From assembly GCA_019828565.1 (NCBI GenBank), contig JAHDYR010000053.1:284214-348213 (forward strand): 64,000 nucleotides of DNA, read 5' to 3'. How positions within the stretch are numbered: position 1 is the stretch's first letter; the number at the start of each line of letters is the position of its first letter. This document shows positions 62,777 through 64,000 of the stretch, piece after piece. The stretch comes from Carpediemonas membranifera BICM (Eukaryota; Protista; Fornicata). Position numbers and translations under genes: made by a program. Under the pieces are notes generated by a model. That model did no database searches. It had not been told where the DNA came from and saw only the letters and a program-made list of their open reading frames with translations.

Positions 62777-64000
62777 ATGAACTTCACTCAGCGTTTGTTA
62801 CACCTCCCTGAACCTATAATACAGTGCTTGAGCATCTCTTACGAGTTTCCAAGCTCACAGATGTCTTCTCCGTCATGTGGGAGTATCTTAACCATTCTGG
62901 CGACCCAGTAATGATCGTATCTCAGCTTGTACTAATTGCCTTCGTTTTATGGGTACGTAGCACTACACTAAGCACCGTTACATAGGTTCTTTTCCGTTAC
63001 AACACGCCTAACAGCAAGCGTCCCAGAGAGGTTCGCCCCGCCGATTTCAGCGACAGGTTCGCCCAATTCATGACCTACCGCAAGCCCTTGGCCCCCAAGT
63101 CCCGCCAGATCACGCAGGACCGCTACACAATCGTCAAGCACGGTTCCTTGAACGACTCAACCCCCAGTGACAACCCCGTCGTCACCCGCGTCAAGGACGC
63201 CGCGGGCGACGTTGTTGACCTCACTGACTTCAGCACTACCGACTTCCTCCGCCTCTCTCGCAGTGTGGGCTCGCGCCAGGCTGCGGAGACCACGATTGCG
63301 TCCTACGGCGTCGGGTCCTGTGGCCCCAGAGGCTTCTACGGCACGATCACCCCCCACATGGACCTCGAGAACCACATTGGTGAGGTCATGCGCGGCCTGT
63401 ACAACGAGCTGATCGCCCTGTGCGGCAAGAAGTGGGCCCCCACCTCTGCCGAGTCCCACGCCGCCATTGCCTACTCCTTTGGCTACGCAACGGTCTCTTC
63501 CGTCATCAGCGCCTTCGTGAAGCACCAAGATTACGTCGTCTACGATGAGGCGGCCCCCTCCTCCATCCAGACTGGAGTGAACCTCTCCAAGTCAGCCCAT
63601 GCCTGCGCCTACGCCCATAATGTGCCCACTGGCGGCCACAGCAGCGGAAGGGTCGCCTCTTCCGTTGAATCTGCCATTGAGCGCCTCGAGGGCGCTGCTG
63701 CTCTTCAGACGAGAGACAAGCAGATCCGCCGCAAGTTCATCGTCATCGAGGGCATAAGCGCTCAGCGCGGCACCCTCGTAGACCTCCCCGCCGTCCTCGC
63801 TGTCGCCCGCAAGCACCACTGGCGCGTGCTCATCGATGATTCCTTCGCCATCGGCGTCCTCGGCGCCAAGGGCCGTGGTACGATCGAGCACTACGCCGAC
63901 CAGGGCCTGCTCTCGGACCCGGCGATGGTGGAGTTCATCAGAGACTACGTGATGGTGACGTTCACCTTCAGCAACGCCCTCGGCTCCATTGGCGGCGCGT
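62777..64000 (+). CDS. LCB1: Serine palmitoyltransferase subunit 1 (partial, runs off the window); exons 62777-62792, 62825-62952, 62986->64000
   Basis: N-terminal TM; YGVGSCGPRGFYGT, YSFGYATVSSVI, IDDSFAIGVLG..GRG..EH; FSNALGSIGG lacks the PLP lysine, as expected for LCB1. Confidence 0.9.
62793..62824 (+). other. Spliceosomal intron, 32 nt (LCB1 intron 1)
   Basis: GTTTGT...TAATACAG; phase 1. Confidence 0.8.
62953..62985 (+). other. Spliceosomal intron, 33 nt (LCB1 intron 2)
   Basis: GTACGT...TTACATAG; phase 0, terminal TAG is an in-frame stop; removal gives continuous TM LIAFVLW|VLFRY. Confidence 0.88.

Noticed and set aside
1-64000. Alternative genetic code, selenoproteins, CRISPR arrays, rRNA, transposons, prokaryotic operons
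   Set aside because: TAA, TAG and TGA all terminate conserved proteins; in-frame stops are explained by introns; no repeat-spacer arrays, transposase/RT ORFs or rRNA motifs seen

Overview
Gene-dense eukaryotic nuclear DNA, GC-rich in coding regions and using the standard genetic code. It comes from a flagellated anaerobic protist. The combination of a fused ADP-forming acetyl-CoA synthetase, a presequence-bearing [2Fe-2S] ferredoxin, a mitochondrial carrier, axonemal genes, tiny introns and a Giardia-like AGTAAAT 3' signal suggests a free-living metamonad (Carpediemonas-like fornicate); this is inference, not verified. About 38 protein genes are supported, including CCDC39, a LamG/Ig-like surface protein, SLC25 carrier, NAC-alpha, Maf1, beta'-COP, PTPA, SLX4-like, LST8, SmD2, WDR78, ACS, MOB1, DRC7, HYDIN, Sds3-like, NIF3, NF-YA-like, ferredoxin, Nop4/RBM28, LRR-PP2C, RSPH1, an SH3 protein, an NPSN-type SNARE, FHIP and LCB1. 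The main structure missed by the ORF track is a set of 11 ultra-short (28-37 nt) GT-AG introns, all near gene 5' ends, with donor GTWYGY and an invariant fused branch/acceptor octamer TNAYWYAG. Removing them repairs or reveals 10 genes. Other notable items: an apparent duplication-born intron in the ferredoxin targeting peptide, a 1-nt frameshift in ACS, a stop-codon-fused AGTAAAT signal, a Firmicute-like NIF3 and several structured intergenic segments. No CRISPR, rRNA, tRNA or recognisable mobile element was found. Protein identities are from motif recognition by eye, not database searches.
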